The notes under the pieces: generated by a model
What the model was told of the DNA's origin: nothing
Seen by the model: the letters and a program-made list of their open reading frames with translations, nothing else
Database searches by the model: none
Part shown: one piece after another, positions 63,949 to 64,000 of the stretch
Position numbering within the stretch: position 1 is the first letter of the stretch
Layout: each line of letters opens with the position of its first letter
Program-made: the position numbers and the translations under genes
DNA from: Balanoglossus misakiensis
Taxonomy: Eukaryota > Animalia > Hemichordata
DNA length: 64,000 nt
Direction of reading: 5' to 3'
Assembly (NCBI GenBank): GCA_040954595.2
Contig: CM082580.2
Coordinates: 13,008,242 to 13,072,241, forward strand

Positions 63949-64000
63949 AGATTGCTTGGACCATTTAGCAATCAAAACTGGTGTAGGAATGTCTGTCGTT

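Overview
AT-rich, intron-containing eukaryotic DNA from an invertebrate animal. The vertebrate-like protein sequences suggest a non-vertebrate deuterostome, but the species cannot be determined. From left to right: the 3' part of an LNX1/2-type PDZ ubiquitin ligase (+); a head-to-head pair of paralogous genes with intronless CDSs, each fusing an IFIT/TTC22-like TPR array to a C-terminal TLR-type TIR domain; ATP-citrate lyase (-) with two duplicated alternative last exons; a 6-copy ~549-bp hairpin-containing tandem array; SUMO1-like (+); tRNA-Asn(GTT) (-); MSL1 (+, one GC-AG intron); myostatin/GDF8/11 (+) bracketed by a 507-bp direct repeat; ABITRAM/FAM206A (-); and the first exon of an unknown secreted protein (+). 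The best candidate for an undescribed system is the divergent IFIT-like-TPR-TIR pair, which shares a 1.2-kb intergenic region containing a consensus NF-kB site and differs at the TIR BB-loop and at a putative RNA-binding residue. All gene models were spliced by eye and homologies come from recalled family sequences; no searches were run.
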